A stretch of DNA of 64,000 bases from Rheinheimera sp. (GCA_003482455.1 DMYW01000053.1:7448-71447), one strand, 5' to 3'. Positions 1 to 10,712 are shown, numbered from the stretch's first letter. A program made the numbers and translations. Notes: generated by a model not told the origin, from the sequence alone.

Positions 1-582
1 GCTGCTGCTCCTCAGTTTCTGCCATTAAAGGTCAACATGGCCGGTGTAATTCCGCCAATTTTCGCGTCGAGCATCATCCTGTTTCCTGGCACAATCGCTG
101 CTTGGTTTGGTCAGGGTGGTAATGCTGGTGGTACTAGTGGTACAATGGCCGACTTCTTTCAGGAGTTGTCCATGATGTTATCGCAAGGGCAACCATTGCA
201 TATGATTTTGTATGCAGCAGCGACCATTTTCTTCTGTTTCTTTTATACGGCGTTGGTTTTCAACCCTCGTGAAACAGCAGAAAACCTGAAAAAATCAGGT
301 GCGTTCATCCCGGGGATCCGCCCAGGCGAGCAAACCTCTAAATACATTGACAATGTGATGACACGCCTGACATTGGCAGGTGCTTTGTATATCACTTTTG
401 TCTGTTTGGTTCCTGAGTTCTTGATGTCTGCATTGAAAGTGCAGTTCTACTTTGGCGGTACTTCGTTGCTGATCATCGTAGTAGTCATCATGGACTTTAT
501 GGCACAGGTACAGGCCCATCGGATGTCACATCAGTATGAGTCTGTGCTTAAAAAGGCAAATCTTAAAGGCTACGGCCGTTAA
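1..582 (+). CDS. secY: Preprotein translocase SecY, 3' part (starts before window)
   Basis: [33 protein letters not shown] and FGGTSLLI motifs; frame open from base 1; followed by rpmJ. Confidence 0.99.
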   Translation, partial: AAAPQFLPLKVNMAGVIPPIFASSIILFPGTIAAWFGQGGNAGGTSGTMADFFQELSMMLSQGQPLHMILYAAATIFFCFFYTALVFNPRETAENLKKSGAFIPGIRPGEQTSKYIDNVMTRLTLAGALYITFVCLVPEFLMSALKVQFYFGGTSLLIIVVVIMDFMAQVQAHRMSHQYESVLKKANLKGYGR

Positions 583-604
583 GATGTAATTGCGGAGTTA
601 AGTC

Positions 605-718
605 ATGAAAGTACGAGCTTCCGTTAAGAAGATCTGCCGTAACTGCAAGGTCATCAAACGCAACAACGTTGTGCGCGTGATCTGTGTAGAGCCTAAGCAC
701 AAGCAACGTCAAGGCTAA
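605..718 (+). CDS. rpmJ: 50S ribosomal protein L36 (Zn-ribbon type)
   Basis: Hand translation (absent from ORF track): [44 protein letters not shown] upstream; canonical position after secY. Confidence 0.98.
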   Translation: MKVRASVKKICRNCKVIKRNNVVRVICVEPKHKQRQG

Positions 719-788
719 CAGCAGAAAAAGTTAAAGTCGGAGCTAAACAATAGTTTAGCTCTGGCTTATTGTTGCATTATGGCCGCCG

Positions 789-885
789 TTTGAGTATCCT
801 TACGGGCTTTTCAAATCGGCACCCTTTAACCCTTTTATAGGAGAACGTTAGTGGCCCGTATCGCTGGCATTAACATCCCCGATAA
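789..885 (+). promoter_or_regulatory. Alpha-operon leader (S4-binding pseudoknot translational operator)
   Basis: TTTGAGTATCCT..ACGGGCTTTTCA resembles the E. coli alpha leader; ACGGGC can pair with GCCCGT just after the rpsM GTG; boundaries approximate. Confidence 0.8.
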
Positions 886-1207
886 TAAACATGCGGTCAT
901 TTCATTGACTTATGTTTACGGTATCGGTAAGACCCGTTCGAAAGCCATTTTGGCTGCCGTGGGCATCGAAGAAAATCGTAAAATCTCTACGTTGTCTGAC
1001 GCAGAGTTAGATACTCTTCGTGACGAAGTTGCAAAGTACACTGTTGAAGGTGACTTGCGCCGTGAAATCACGTTAAACATCAAACGTTTGATGGACCTTG
1101 GTTGCTACCGTGGTCTGCGCCATCGTCGCAGCCTGCCGGTTCGTGGTCAGCGCACTAAAACTAACGCGCGTACCCGTAAAGGCCCACGCAAAGCTATCAA
1201 GAAATAA
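851..1207 (+). CDS. rpsM: 30S ribosomal protein S13
   Basis: [10 protein letters not shown]...[26 protein letters not shown]. Confidence 0.99.
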   Translation: MARIAGINIPDNKHAVISLTYVYGIGKTRSKAILAAVGIEENRKISTLSDAELDTLRDEVAKYTVEGDLRREITLNIKRLMDLGCYRGLRHRRSLPVRGQRTKTNARTRKGPRKAIKK

Positions 1208-1220
1208 GACGGAGTAAGAC

Positions 1221-1610
1221 ATGGCTAAAGCACCAGTTCGTACTCGTAAACGGGTAAAGAAGCAAGTTTCTGATGGTATGGCTCATATCCATGCCTCTTT
1301 CAACAACACGATCGTGACCATCACTGACCGTCAGGGCAACGCCCTGTGCTGGGCTACCGCAGGTGGCTCTGGTTACCGTGGTTCTCGTAAATCAACACCA
1401 TTCGCTGCGCAGGTTGCTGCTGAGCGTGCTGGTGCTGCTGCACAAGAATTTGGTCTGAAGAATCTTGAAGTGTTTGTAAATGGTCCAGGTCCAGGCCGTG
1501 AATCAGCCATTCGTGCGCTGAACGCAGCAGGTTACCGCATTACAAATATCACCGACGTGACGCCTATCCCGCATAACGGATGCCGTCCACCGAAAAAACG
1601 TCGCGTGTAA
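1221..1610 (+). CDS. rpsK: 30S ribosomal protein S11
   Basis: [39 protein letters not shown]. Confidence 0.99.
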   Translation: MAKAPVRTRKRVKKQVSDGMAHIHASFNNTIVTITDRQGNALCWATAGGSGYRGSRKSTPFAAQVAAERAGAAAQEFGLKNLEVFVNGPGPGRESAIRALNAAGYRITNITDVTPIPHNGCRPPKKRRV

Positions 1611-1641
1611 TAAGCGCTTCTGAGATTATTGGAGAAGAAAG

Positions 1642-2262
1642 ATGGCAAGATATTTGGGTCCTAAGCTCAAACTGAGTCGTCGCGAAGGTACAGATCTGTT
1701 CCTGAAAAGCGGCGTCCGAGCAATCGATTCAAAATGTAATTTAACCACAGCTCCTGGTCAGCACGGCGCTCGTCGCGGTCGTTTATCAGACTACGGTTTA
1801 CAATTACGTGAAAAACAAAAAGTACGTCGTATTTACGGCGTGTTGGAAAAGCAGTTCCGTAACTATTACAAAGAAGCTGCTCGTCTGAAAGGTAACACCG
1901 GCGAAAACCTGCTCCAGTTGTTGGAGTCTCGTCTGGACAACGTGGTCTACCGCATGGGTCTGGCTAGCACTCGTGCTGAAGCCCGTCAGCTGGTTAGCCA
2001 CAAAGCAATCATGTTAGATGGTAAAGTTGTTAACGTTCCATCTTACGCTGTGGCTCCAGAGCAAGTTGTTGCTGTTCGTGAGAAAGCTAAGAAGCAAGCG
2101 CGTATCGTTGCTGCTTTAGAGCTGTCTGACCAACGCGAAAAGCCAACTTGGGTTGAAGTTGACGCGAAGAAAATGGAAGGCGTTTTCAAACGTCTGCCAG
2201 AGCGTTCAGACTTGTCAGCTGACATCAACGAACAGTTAATCGTCGAGCTTTACTCGAAGTAA
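1642..2262 (+). CDS. rpsD: 30S ribosomal protein S4
   Basis: [37 protein letters not shown]. Confidence 0.99.
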   Translation: MARYLGPKLKLSRREGTDLFLKSGVRAIDSKCNLTTAPGQHGARRGRLSDYGLQLREKQKVRRIYGVLEKQFRNYYKEAARLKGNTGENLLQLLESRLDNVVYRMGLASTRAEARQLVSHKAIMLDGKVVNVPSYAVAPEQVVAVREKAKKQARIVAALELSDQREKPTWVEVDAKKMEGVFKRLPERSDLSADINEQLIVELYSK

Positions 2263-2286
2263 GGCTAATTCTTAAGAGAGGATAAA

Positions 2287-3276
2287 ATGCAGGGTTCTGT
2301 CACCGAATTCCTTAAGCCGAGATTAGTTGGTATCGAAAAAATCAACCCAACTCGTGCCAAAGTTACTTTGGAACCACTTGAGCGCGGTTTCGGGCATACC
2401 TTGGGCAACGCGTTGCGTCGTATTTTGCTTTCGTCAATGCCAGGTTGTGCAGTGACTGAAGTAGAAATCGACGGCGTTCTTCACGAGTACAGCGCCAAAG
2501 AAGGCGTTCAGGAAGATATCATCGATATTTTACTGAATCTGAAGGGCTTGGCTGTTCGTCTGGAAGACAAAGATGAAGTCACGTTAACGTTGACTAAAAA
2601 AGGTGCTGGCCCTGTAACTGCTGGTGATATCCAGCGTGGTGAAGGTGTTGTGATCGTTAACCCAGAGCACGTCATTTGCAACCTGACAGGCGAAACTGAA
2701 TTCAGTATGCGTTTGAAAGTGCAACGTGGTCGCGGTTATGTTCCAGCATCGGCCCGAGTGTCCTCTGAAGATGACGAACGTCCAATCGGTCGTTTGTTGT
2801 TGGATGCGTCTTTCAGCCCAGTAGAGCGTATTGCCTACGCAGTTGAAGCAGCACGTGTTGAACAACGTACTGACTTGGATAAACTGGTTATCGACATGGA
2901 AACCAACGGCACAGTAGAGCCTGAGGAAGCTATCCGTCGCGCGGCTACGATTTTGGCTGAACAGCTGGAGTTCTTCGTAGAACTGCGTGATAAGAGCGAG
3001 CCTGAAAAACGCGAAGAGAAGCCGGAGTTTGATCCGATTCTGTTGCGTCCAGTCGATGATCTGGAATTAACAGTTCGTTCTGCTAACTGCTTGAAAGCAG
3101 AGCAGATTCAGTACATCGGTGATCTGGTACAACGTACCGAGGTTGAGCTGCTGAAAACGCCAAACCTGGGTAAGAAGTCTCTGACAGAAATCAAAGACGT
3201 GTTAGCGTCTCGTGGTTTATCTCTGGGCATGCGCTTAGAGAACTGGCCTCCAGCCAGTCTGATCAACAAAGACTAA
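2287..3276 (+). CDS. rpoA: RNA polymerase alpha subunit
   Basis: [38 protein letters not shown]...[10 protein letters not shown]. Confidence 0.99.
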   Translation: MQGSVTEFLKPRLVGIEKINPTRAKVTLEPLERGFGHTLGNALRRILLSSMPGCAVTEVEIDGVLHEYSAKEGVQEDIIDILLNLKGLAVRLEDKDEVTLTLTKKGAGPVTAGDIQRGEGVVIVNPEHVICNLTGETEFSMRLKVQRGRGYVPASARVSSEDDERPIGRLLLDASFSPVERIAYAVEAARVEQRTDLDKLVIDMETNGTVEPEEAIRRAATILAEQLEFFVELRDKSEPEKREEKPEFDPILLRPVDDLELTVRSANCLKAEQIQYIGDLVQRTEVELLKTPNLGKKSLTEIKDVLASRGLSLGMRLENWPPASLINKD

Positions 3277-3315
3277 CCAGATTACAGTTCCTGGTTTAGT
3301 GAGAAGGAATAGATC

Positions 3316-3711
3316 ATGCGCCATCGCAAGAGTGGTCGTCAGTTAAACCGGAACAGCAGCCATCGTCAGGCTATGTTCCGCAATATGGCAAGCTCGCTGG
3401 TGAAGCACGAAGTCATCAAGACGACTCTGCCAAAAGCTAAAGAGTTACGCCGCGTAATCGAACCTCTGATTACATTGGCGAAAAACGACAGCGTTGCAAA
3501 CCGCCGTTTGGCCTTTGCACGTACTCGTGACAAAGAAGTCGTAGGTCTGCTGTTCAACGTGTTAGGCCCGCGTTACAACACCCGTCCTGGTGGTTACACT
3601 CGTATTCTGAAGTGTGGCTTCCGTGCTGGTGACAACGCACCAATGGCTTACATTGAGTTAGTTGACCGTCCAGAAGCTGCTCTGCCAGCTGAGGAAACTG
3701 CTGCTGAGTAA
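3316..3711 (+). CDS. rplQ: 50S ribosomal protein L17
   Basis: [17 protein letters not shown]...[10 protein letters not shown]. Confidence 0.99.
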   Translation: MRHRKSGRQLNRNSSHRQAMFRNMASSLVKHEVIKTTLPKAKELRRVIEPLITLAKNDSVANRRLAFARTRDKEVVGLLFNVLGPRYNTRPGGYTRILKCGFRAGDNAPMAYIELVDRPEAALPAEETAAE

Positions 3712-3722
3712 TCAGTTTGCGT

Positions 3723-3750
3723 AAAAAAGCCGGCGTAAGCCGGCTTTTTT
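3723..3750 (+). terminator. Rho-independent terminator of the alpha operon
   Basis: AAAAAAGCCGGC-GTAA-GCCGGCTTTTTT. Confidence 0.95.
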
Positions 3751-3975
3751 ATTTTTAAGATACTCCAATCGTGAAACTCAAACCGATGGTTGAACCCAAG
3801 CTAACTTGGAGTTATCAATATCAGTCTGCTATTGCGCATTGTTCAAGCCTGTGCATTTGGAGCGCTTTAGCAGAGTTGTCGGCTGGCCAAGGGTTATGTC
3901 GAAGCTGGCGTTGCAAAAGCTATCTGGCGGTTAAACAACGGCGCTGGTGCCCATTTCAATCAAGGAGTTCGTTAG

Positions 3976-5778
3976 TTGCTGCGCGTTATTCAAGCCTTGA
4001 TGGTGTTCGCTGTTGGTTTGGTGGTGAGTTGCTGGTCGGTGTCGATAGAGGCGCGTGATCTTACTGTGACTTTGTCGGACGAGCAGACTCGGCAGCTTGC
4101 TAGTCATCGCGAATGGCAATTATTGATCCACGAATGGCAAGGCAAACCTCAGTTGACGGACCCGGCGTTTTTACTCAGTCGGGACGACTATTCGGCAGAG
4201 CGCGAACTTAAAGCGACGCTGAACCTTTATCGGTTATCACCACAAGCTGCATGGTGTCGGTTTCCAGCGCGAATAGCATGGCTAGCAGCGCAACAAGGGA
4301 TAGCGCTAACTGAGTTACCCGAGCCGTCATGCGACAAGCTCGCACAGTATCAAGCAGACGTGCCGTTCGAGCACTTAGAGCTGGTGTTTGCCACGGAAGT
4401 GCTGTCCTCAAGCACCTCGATGATGGGGCACGTTTTTTTGAAGGCCAGTGGCGCTAACGACGACGGTCTTTCGCAAGCTCACACCTTCGCCTACTTTACC
4501 AAAATAGAAACATTGAATCCGCTAGTCCTGTTGTACGATAACACCATAGGTGGTATGCAAGGCTATATGGTCGTCCGTCCATTCCATGTGGACCTGGCGT
4601 TTTATCGGGATAAAGAGCAGCGCACTGTATGGCAGTTCGGACTGCTCGCGACGCCACAGCAGCTGCAATTGCTGCAACTGCACTTGTATGAAATCAAAGA
4701 TACAAAAATCGACTACTACTTTCAGGCCTATAACTGTGCAACCCTGACGCTAGAGCTGTTGGCGCTGCTGAACCCAGATGTCTTGCAACAACGCGATTGG
4801 ATTGTTACGCCAGCCGACGTCGTGAAAGCTGCAAAACACTACCAGCTAGTGCAAGACACGGATGTGGTGGTAGCTAAACCACAGCAGTATCGGCAACTCC
4901 AACGACATCTGACAACGCAACAGCGACAGCAGTTGGCTGAGTTGTCGCAAGAACCTTTAGCTGATACCACCTTGTATCAAAACGCGGCTGCCGAACAATA
5001 CGCCCGTTTACTGACAAATGCTCAAGTCGAGCAGAGTACGCTATCTCGCCAAGCGCAAATGGCGTTGTTGCAACCTTGGTCGGCAGATCCAAGCACGGCC
5101 CCCGACTATACACAACAGCCACATCCGGCTAAAACACTTGGTGATAGTGTATTGAGTATGCAAGCGATGAGACAGGGTGAAGCGCAAGGTGCGCAGTTTC
5201 GCTGGCTTGCCAACGGCCATTTATTGCAGACAAATAACCAACACTACCAAGCAGAATCTGAGCTGATGATGGGCAATATTGTGGCTCAGTATCAGCAACA
5301 ACAATGGCGGCTGTCGGAATTTACTCTGTATAGCGTGACTAATTTACAAACAACGAGTGATTTATTCCCACGCTGGGCGGGGCGCTTTTATGTTGGGTAT
5401 CATCCGGTATGGACAAATGATGGCTGGGACAGCCGCACCGAATTATCTGCTGGAGGTGGCAAGAGCTTCGCACTGACACCAGATCTGACATGGTATTGGT
5501 TAGCGGATGTTGGTGCGACGACTGACTTTTCGGAGCATCGATTGTTTGCTGGCGCTTCGACCGGTATGTTATGGCAGTTAACTGAAACCCAAAAATGGTC
5601 AGCGGCGATAGAGCGCAATAGCGGCAAAGCGGCGCAACCCAGTGATTATTTGCAGGCCCGTCTTGGCTGGCATTGGCAATGGTTTGACGATATGTTGCTT
5701 TCCATCGAAGTGAGCCGCTTAAAACATAAAGAAATAGACGAACAGCAAGCGTCGTTGCAATGGGCTTATTTCTACTAA
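3976..5778 (+). CDS. DUF4105 (Lnb N-terminal-like) exported protein with probable C-terminal beta-barrel
   Basis: Signal peptide; CRFPAR, SMMGHVFL and YYFQAYNCA motifs; amphipathic beta strands with aromatic C-terminus (LQWAYFY). Confidence 0.8.
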   Translation: MLRVIQALMVFAVGLVVSCWSVSIEARDLTVTLSDEQTRQLASHREWQLLIHEWQGKPQLTDPAFLLSRDDYSAERELKATLNLYRLSPQAAWCRFPARIAWLAAQQGIALTELPEPSCDKLAQYQADVPFEHLELVFATEVLSSSTSMMGHVFLKASGANDDGLSQAHTFAYFTKIETLNPLVLLYDNTIGGMQGYMVVRPFHVDLAFYRDKEQRTVWQFGLLATPQQLQLLQLHLYEIKDTKIDYYFQAYNCATLTLELLALLNPDVLQQRDWIVTPADVVKAAKHYQLVQDTDVVVAKPQQYRQLQRHLTTQQRQQLAELSQEPLADTTLYQNAAAEQYARLLTNAQVEQSTLSRQAQMALLQPWSADPSTAPDYTQQPHPAKTLGDSVLSMQAMRQGEAQGAQFRWLANGHLLQTNNQHYQAESELMMGNIVAQYQQQQWRLSEFTLYSVTNLQTTSDLFPRWAGRFYVGYHPVWTNDGWDSRTELSAGGGKSFALTPDLTWYWLADVGATTDFSEHRLFAGASTGMLWQLTETQKWSAAIERNSGKAAQPSDYLQARLGWHWQWFDDMLLSIEVSRLKHKEIDEQQASLQWAYFY

Positions 5779-5812
5779 TAAACCAACAGCCGGCAAGAAG
5801 GACAAACACTCA

Positions 5813-6886
5813 ATGACCAAAATCGGCGTATTCCCAGGGAAGTTTTTGCCACCACACCGTGGTCACTTGACGGCGATTTTGCGCGCGCACGCCCTGTGCG
5901 ACAAGTTGTATGTCGCCGTCAGCGAGCGCCCGATTGAAGATGGCCAGCTATGCGCTGAGGCCGGAATTCGTTATGTACCCGGTGTTTTGCGGCAACGCTG
6001 GCTGGCGCAGGAGCTACAAGGCCTTGGTATTGACGTGGTGCTGATTGATGAAAGCAATATCGCACCGTTCCCTGATGGCTGGCACGATTATGCCGCTTTG
6101 GTCAAACAAGCAGTGCCAGCGCCGATCGATCTGATTTTTGGTGGCGAAGAGTCTTACCGAGCAGGACATAACCAGCATTTTGCGGGTATCGAATACCGCG
6201 TGCTCGATCCGCTGCGCTCGCAATGGCCAATCAGTGGCACGGAAATTCGGCAAACACCTTACCAACATTGGGACTATATCGTCAGTGCGGCTAGGCCGTT
6301 TTTCGCCAAACGGGTGCTGATCACCGGGCCAGAATCCTGCGGCAAAACTACCTTGACCCATAAACTGGCTAAAGTGTTTTGCACCAGCTGGTCGTCAGAA
6401 TTGGGGCGCCAGTATCAAATCGATGAAGTCGGCGGCAATGGTGATTTGTTTGACCTCGATGACTTTAATCGCATCGCGCACCTGCAATACGAACAGGACT
6501 TAGAGGCGTTGAAACAGGCCAATAAAGTCTGCTTCTTCGACACCGATGCGGTAGTCACGGCGTTTTTTAGCGAGGTGTTTTTAGGCACAATCGCTGATCG
6601 GATCCCGCCTTACATAGACCCGTGCAAATATGATTTGGTGATCATGTTGCAACCCACAGTGCCTTGGGTGGCGGATGGACTGCGTGAACTGGGTGACTCG
6701 CAAGTGCGACAACAAACCGCCAGCCAGCTGCTGGCGATGTATCACGCCTATGGGTTTGCCACTGAGCAATTTCTGCTGGTGGAATCGCCAGATTATTACG
6801 AACGCTTAGAACTGTGCATCAGCGCTGTGACTAAGCTGCTGCAGCAAGGCTGGCGACTGCTGAGTACCGGTTGCCAAAGCGCTTGA
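5813..6886 (+). CDS. nadR: NadR-type NMN adenylyltransferase / ribosylnicotinamide kinase, no HTH
   Basis: GKFLPPHRGH (HxGH), ISGTEIR, P-loop GPESCGKTT, FFDTDA, PWVADGLR. Confidence 0.9.
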   Translation: MTKIGVFPGKFLPPHRGHLTAILRAHALCDKLYVAVSERPIEDGQLCAEAGIRYVPGVLRQRWLAQELQGLGIDVVLIDESNIAPFPDGWHDYAALVKQAVPAPIDLIFGGEESYRAGHNQHFAGIEYRVLDPLRSQWPISGTEIRQTPYQHWDYIVSAARPFFAKRVLITGPESCGKTTLTHKLAKVFCTSWSSELGRQYQIDEVGGNGDLFDLDDFNRIAHLQYEQDLEALKQANKVCFFDTDAVVTAFFSEVFLGTIADRIPPYIDPCKYDLVIMLQPTVPWVADGLRELGDSQVRQQTASQLLAMYHAYGFATEQFLLVESPDYYERLELCISAVTKLLQQGWRLLSTGCQSA

Positions 6887-7896
6887 ATGGCCGCTTTCGG
6901 CCAACAACCGAGCGCTAGGCGCTGGCGTAAAAGTTCGGGAAACGCCGCCGCCACATCGGCAAACTGTAAGTGATTGGCAGGTTGGTAATGCCATAACCAG
7001 TGTTCAATGCGTTCAGTGGAGAGTTCGCGGCACACATCGGCAACTTGCAGTTGTTGCAGTGCTTTGGCGTTAGAAGCCTGTTCAGGTTGCCCTTGTAGCG
7101 CTTTGACCAAAATCCGCTTTTTTAGTTGTAGCGCTTCACTGATCAATTCAAATCCAGCGTTGCTTAACACGGCCTGCGCTTGTTGCAGAGCCTCGGCAAA
7201 TCTCTGTAGATCAGGCTTTCGCCAATGCAGGTGCGGCGCGCTTGCTTCAGCGCCAGTCACCTGAGGGTGCACGATCACAAACTGATAGCGGGTCAGTGGC
7301 AACAACCAGCGCTGAATATCGGCGATATTCTCAAACGGCAAGTACACCAATACCTGATTGCTGCACACCTCTGCCGGACGTAAATTCAAATGCAACAGCG
7401 GCGGCAGCAGCGGTGCGTCGAAGTGGTGCCAATGTAAACCTAGACTGTCATTGGCGGGCGCAAAATACTTGAAAAGGAGCTGCTGGATCAGGCCAAACGG
7501 TACTTTCGGAATGTCGTAGCCAAACGCATATTGATGGCCTAATCCGATACACAAAGTCTGCTGCTGGCGCGCAGCCCATGCAGTGACAGGTTCAAAGTCC
7601 GTGAGCACCACGTCATAGCCTCGAGTGTCGAGCTGACGAATGTCGGAAAACAGCTGCCGGAGATTAGCGTGTCGTGCAGTCTGCCAACTGCTTAACCGAC
7701 CTGCGTGAGTGTGTAGCGTCAGGCCCTGAAAACAGCGGAAGTCGCCAAACGCTTCCATTGCAAAGAACTGGTCGCGCGCACGCCCTGAAAACACAAAATC
7801 TAGCTCAAATCCGGCTTGTTGCAGTGGTTTCACGAGCGCTCGCGCTCGGCTGACATGGCCGTTGCCTGTCCCTTGTACTCCGTATAAAACGCGCAT
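6796..7896 (-). CDS. MJ1255/VC2487-family GT-B glycosyltransferase
   Basis: MRVLYGVQGTGNGHVSRAR, TDFEP, GLHWHHF, LVYLPFE, NAGFEL, GQPEQASNA. Confidence 0.9.
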   Translation of the reverse strand: MRVLYGVQGTGNGHVSRARALVKPLQQAGFELDFVFSGRARDQFFAMEAFGDFRCFQGLTLHTHAGRLSSWQTARHANLRQLFSDIRQLDTRGYDVVLTDFEPVTAWAARQQQTLCIGLGHQYAFGYDIPKVPFGLIQQLLFKYFAPANDSLGLHWHHFDAPLLPPLLHLNLRPAEVCSNQVLVYLPFENIADIQRWLLPLTRYQFVIVHPQVTGAEASAPHLHWRKPDLQRFAEALQQAQAVLSNAGFELISEALQLKKRILVKALQGQPEQASNAKALQQLQVADVCRELSTERIEHWLWHYQPANHLQFADVAAAFPELLRQRLALGCWPKAAIQALWQPVLSSRQPCCSSLVTALMHSSKRS

Positions 7897-7965
7897 CTGT
7901 CATGTACCTCGGCTGGCCCGCTTTACAGTGTTGCCAGCCGATGTGACATGACCATGAAGCCAGCA

Positions 7966-8220
7966 TTACAAAATGATGTGCCAGCGTCCTTTGAGCGTCA
8001 GTGCGACCAGCAAAAAGGCTAAACCCGCTGCAGCGATTGACCAAAACAACCAGCGACGACACTGCAGGGGTGGTTGCTTTTGCATACTGATCAGCAAAGC
8101 GGCATAACCGATGATCGGCCACAGCCAGCCCTGACTTTGACTGCAAACCAGAATAAACGCCATGGTGAATGGTAAGACGAGGACTGCATTGGACGATGTT
8201 GAAGTACATTGGAGTTTCAT
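7966..8220 (-). CDS. Small hypothetical membrane protein
   Basis: ORF with about 3 hydrophobic segments filling the gap upstream of the glycosyltransferase; start uncertain (8313 or 8220). Confidence 0.4.
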   Translation of the reverse strand: MKLQCTSTSSNAVLVLPFTMAFILVCSQSQGWLWPIIGYAALLISMQKQPPLQCRRWLFWSIAAAGLAFLLVALTLKGRWHIIL

Positions 8221-8345
8221 GATTTGGCTCACACTTTGGTTAAGGCTTTGGTTAAGATGGAACAACGTGTTCTTAGCCAAAGACACCGCAGTCAAGGATG
8301 CTGTGACAACCAAACTGTATTTATTAATTAAGAAGAGGGATTCTA

Positions 8346-9467
8346 GTGTTAGCTCTTATTCGGGGAAGTCGGTTGCTACCCGCTCATATCACTTTGCTAC
8401 TGTCATTATGCGTCATGGCGCCACTCAAGGCACATGCTCAAAGCCATTTTGCAAAAGCGCTTGCTGAAGTCGCTGCTATCTGTAACGAAGGTGCATTGAT
8501 CGACAAAGACATCGACCACTGTCAGCGCAGTATCGCTGCTCTTGAAGGGATCCAGCAGCGCAGCGAATTGACGTCGAACGAGCGTGAAGCTTTTACACAA
8601 ACCTACGGCTTTGCCCTGTACAACAAAGCCGCCGCACAATTTGAGCAGCACAAACCCATCGATAAATCGGAGGTGCGCCGTTCTTTGGTGCTGATTGAAA
8701 AGATGGTAAACCGCATAGGGTTGGAAAACGTCTCGCCAGTGTTAACTATGGTGATGCTCAAAGCAGCCCTGCGTTTTTTAGAGGACTCCGAGCTTGCGAC
8801 TAAATACGCACGCGCCTGCGCCATCGCAGGGGATGCTCATTGTTCGCAGTTTGCGGCAAGTGGAGCATTGGCAGGTTTCGAGACGGGAAAACCAGATCTG
8901 CAAGCCGCGTACAAATGGTACAAACTGGCGATTTCGCAACAAACAGATTCTGATTGCACACGTTTGATCACCTATGCACCAATGTCGATGCTGACTTTTT
9001 ATTTTCCTGATCTAGATCCGGCCTATCCGTGGACTTATTGGCTGGCCAAAGTGAAAGCGGCTGATCAAAAGTGGCTAGAGTCAGGGGCTGAACCTGGTGG
9101 TTGTTCCCAGTTTGAAGTCTACCTGCAAGCCTATGTACAACTGCTGAGCACAAAACGTGACGCGACCGAGATGCTTGCTACATTGGACCAGTTAGCGGTA
9201 ACAGCACCGCAGCGCGAGCTTGTGGCGCGTCTGCATCAACCGCAATCCTTGTTAACGGTAGCGCGTCAATTTAACGACAAACAGGAATTGAGCCATTGTT
9301 ACATTCAACTGAGCGCTGCTTTGTTATCACAACAAGCCGCCTACTACCAAGCCGCGGAGGAAGGGGCGTGGGCGGCGCAGTTAACAACCTTGGCTGAGTT
9401 GCATTGTGATGATGTGGTCGGCGTGATTGACCTGCTGCAGCAAGCAGGCAAGTTGCCACGCCATTAA
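8346..9467 (+). CDS. Exported alpha-helical (Sel1/TPR-like) hypothetical protein
   Basis: Signal peptide ending AHA; Sel1-like segments (ARACAIAGDAHC, DLQAAYKWYKLA); several Cys. Confidence 0.65.
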   Translation: MLALIRGSRLLPAHITLLLSLCVMAPLKAHAQSHFAKALAEVAAICNEGALIDKDIDHCQRSIAALEGIQQRSELTSNEREAFTQTYGFALYNKAAAQFEQHKPIDKSEVRRSLVLIEKMVNRIGLENVSPVLTMVMLKAALRFLEDSELATKYARACAIAGDAHCSQFAASGALAGFETGKPDLQAAYKWYKLAISQQTDSDCTRLITYAPMSMLTFYFPDLDPAYPWTYWLAKVKAADQKWLESGAEPGGCSQFEVYLQAYVQLLSTKRDATEMLATLDQLAVTAPQRELVARLHQPQSLLTVARQFNDKQELSHCYIQLSAALLSQQAAYYQAAEEGAWAAQLTTLAELHCDDVVGVIDLLQQAGKLPRH

Positions 9468-9853
9468 CCCAGCGGGCTACACAACTCGACTAACAAACCT
9501 TGGGGCGTGCGCAAAAATGCCACAGTCTGGCCCCAAGGTTTGACCTTAGGCTCCGCTAACGCGCTCGCTCCTGCGGCGAGTGCAGTCTGATACGCTTTCG
9601 CGACATCCTCGGTGACCAAACCAATCTCACTGGCTTGTGGCGGTGCATCCAGTGAGCTGGCGGTAGCGCCACCCGCGAAATTGAGCTGAGATAATTCAAG
9701 CGCAGCAAAAGCAAGTTTGGTTTGGCCTGTGGCCAGTTCGCCATACATCCCAGACTCGTGCACAAAGGCTACCTCAAGAGCAAAGGCTTGCTGAAAAAAC
9801 GCCAGCGTAGCAGGGACATCCTGCAAGTAAAAAATACTGTATCCAAAGTGCAT
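9464..9853 (-). CDS. VOC/glyoxalase family protein
   Basis: YGELATG, EPKVKPWGQTVAFLRTPQGLLVELC; start MHFGY chosen. Confidence 0.9.
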   Translation of the reverse strand: MHFGYSIFYLQDVPATLAFFQQAFALEVAFVHESGMYGELATGQTKLAFAALELSQLNFAGGATASSLDAPPQASEIGLVTEDVAKAYQTALAAGASALAEPKVKPWGQTVAFLRTPQGLLVELCSPLG

Positions 9854-9866
9854 GCTAGTCTCCGGC

Positions 9867-10472
9867 TTAACTCTCATTGGCAAAAGGCAGTTGCATCGCT
9901 TGTTGTAAGTCGGCTTCTAGTTTTAATAACGCGGCTTCATCAGTAAAACCGACACAGCCGTGGTAGTGGGAAATCGAATGACTCTGGCCGTTAATTCGCA
10001 AACTGATGCTGGTAGTTGGATGATCGGTTCGATAATTCGGGCATAACTTACGGTTGCTCGGGTCGTAATGGCTGGCAAACCGCAGCACATTGGCTTGTTC
10101 AAGGAGTCTGGCTATTTTCAAAAAATCAGTCGGTGTGCGCTGAATTCGTTGCATTGATTGGTTGCGTTCACGCAGTTGCAGTTCACCGTTTTTGAGCAGG
10201 GTCGCCTGAAACACTGGGCAGTTACCAAAGCAAGGACCGCGTTCGAGTCGAATAAAATCAACCGCCGGTAGATCGGCAGGGGCAGCTTCAACCGACTCTT
10301 CGGTCAATAACGCGGGGGCTTTTTTCGCAGCAGGGTGTGTGGAAGGCGTTGTCGTGTAATTAAGAGTAGCTGCTGGATCTGGACCTGATGATTGGGTTGG
10401 TTCTGCTTGGCAGCCGATTAACCCCAGCAGCAGAACAAAGATAGCGCGTTGCATATTGACCTCAACCAGCAA
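9867..10472 (-). CDS. DUF6438-like lipoprotein
   Basis: Lipobox LIGC; IRLERGPCFGNCPVF and TDHPT motifs. Confidence 0.75.
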   Translation of the reverse strand: MLVEVNMQRAIFVLLLGLIGCQAEPTQSSGPDPAATLNYTTTPSTHPAAKKAPALLTEESVEAAPADLPAVDFIRLERGPCFGNCPVFQATLLKNGELQLRERNQSMQRIQRTPTDFLKIARLLEQANVLRFASHYDPSNRKLCPNYRTDHPTTSISLRINGQSHSISHYHGCVGFTDEAALLKLEADLQQAMQLPFANES

Positions 10473-10682
10473 AAAAATAGAGCGCTCACCATAGCGGTTT
10501 TTTCACTGATATCGCAACTGCAGGTCCGCTGAGATTGTTTAAATAGCAACTTGCTGTTTACTTATTGTTGAAATAATGAAACACTGCGTTCACTTGTGTG
10601 GTTGTTGCGTTCCAAGGATTGGTCCAGCAACTGCACAATTCACCCAAATGCCCCGAGGGTGTGTTGTGCGGACTTAGTCCAT

Positions 10683-10708
10683 TAAAAGCCGGTATCACCG
10701 GCTTTTAA
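10683..10708. terminator. Bidirectional intrinsic terminator
   Basis: TAAAAGCCGGT-ATC-ACCGGCTTTTA. Confidence 0.85.
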
Positions 10709-10712
10709 CTTT

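Noticed and set aside
7805..8467. Alternative ORFs 7805-8209 (-) and 8162-8467 (+), and an expected PAP2 phosphatase next to the glycosyltransferase
   Set aside because: They overlap better-supported genes, have no recognisable motifs, and no PAP2 motif is visible
10576..10677. 33-aa Cys-rich ORF MKHCVHLCGCCVPRIG...
   Set aside because: No RBS; the Cys codons come from the GT-rich hairpin arm, so an RNA explanation fits better (not excluded)
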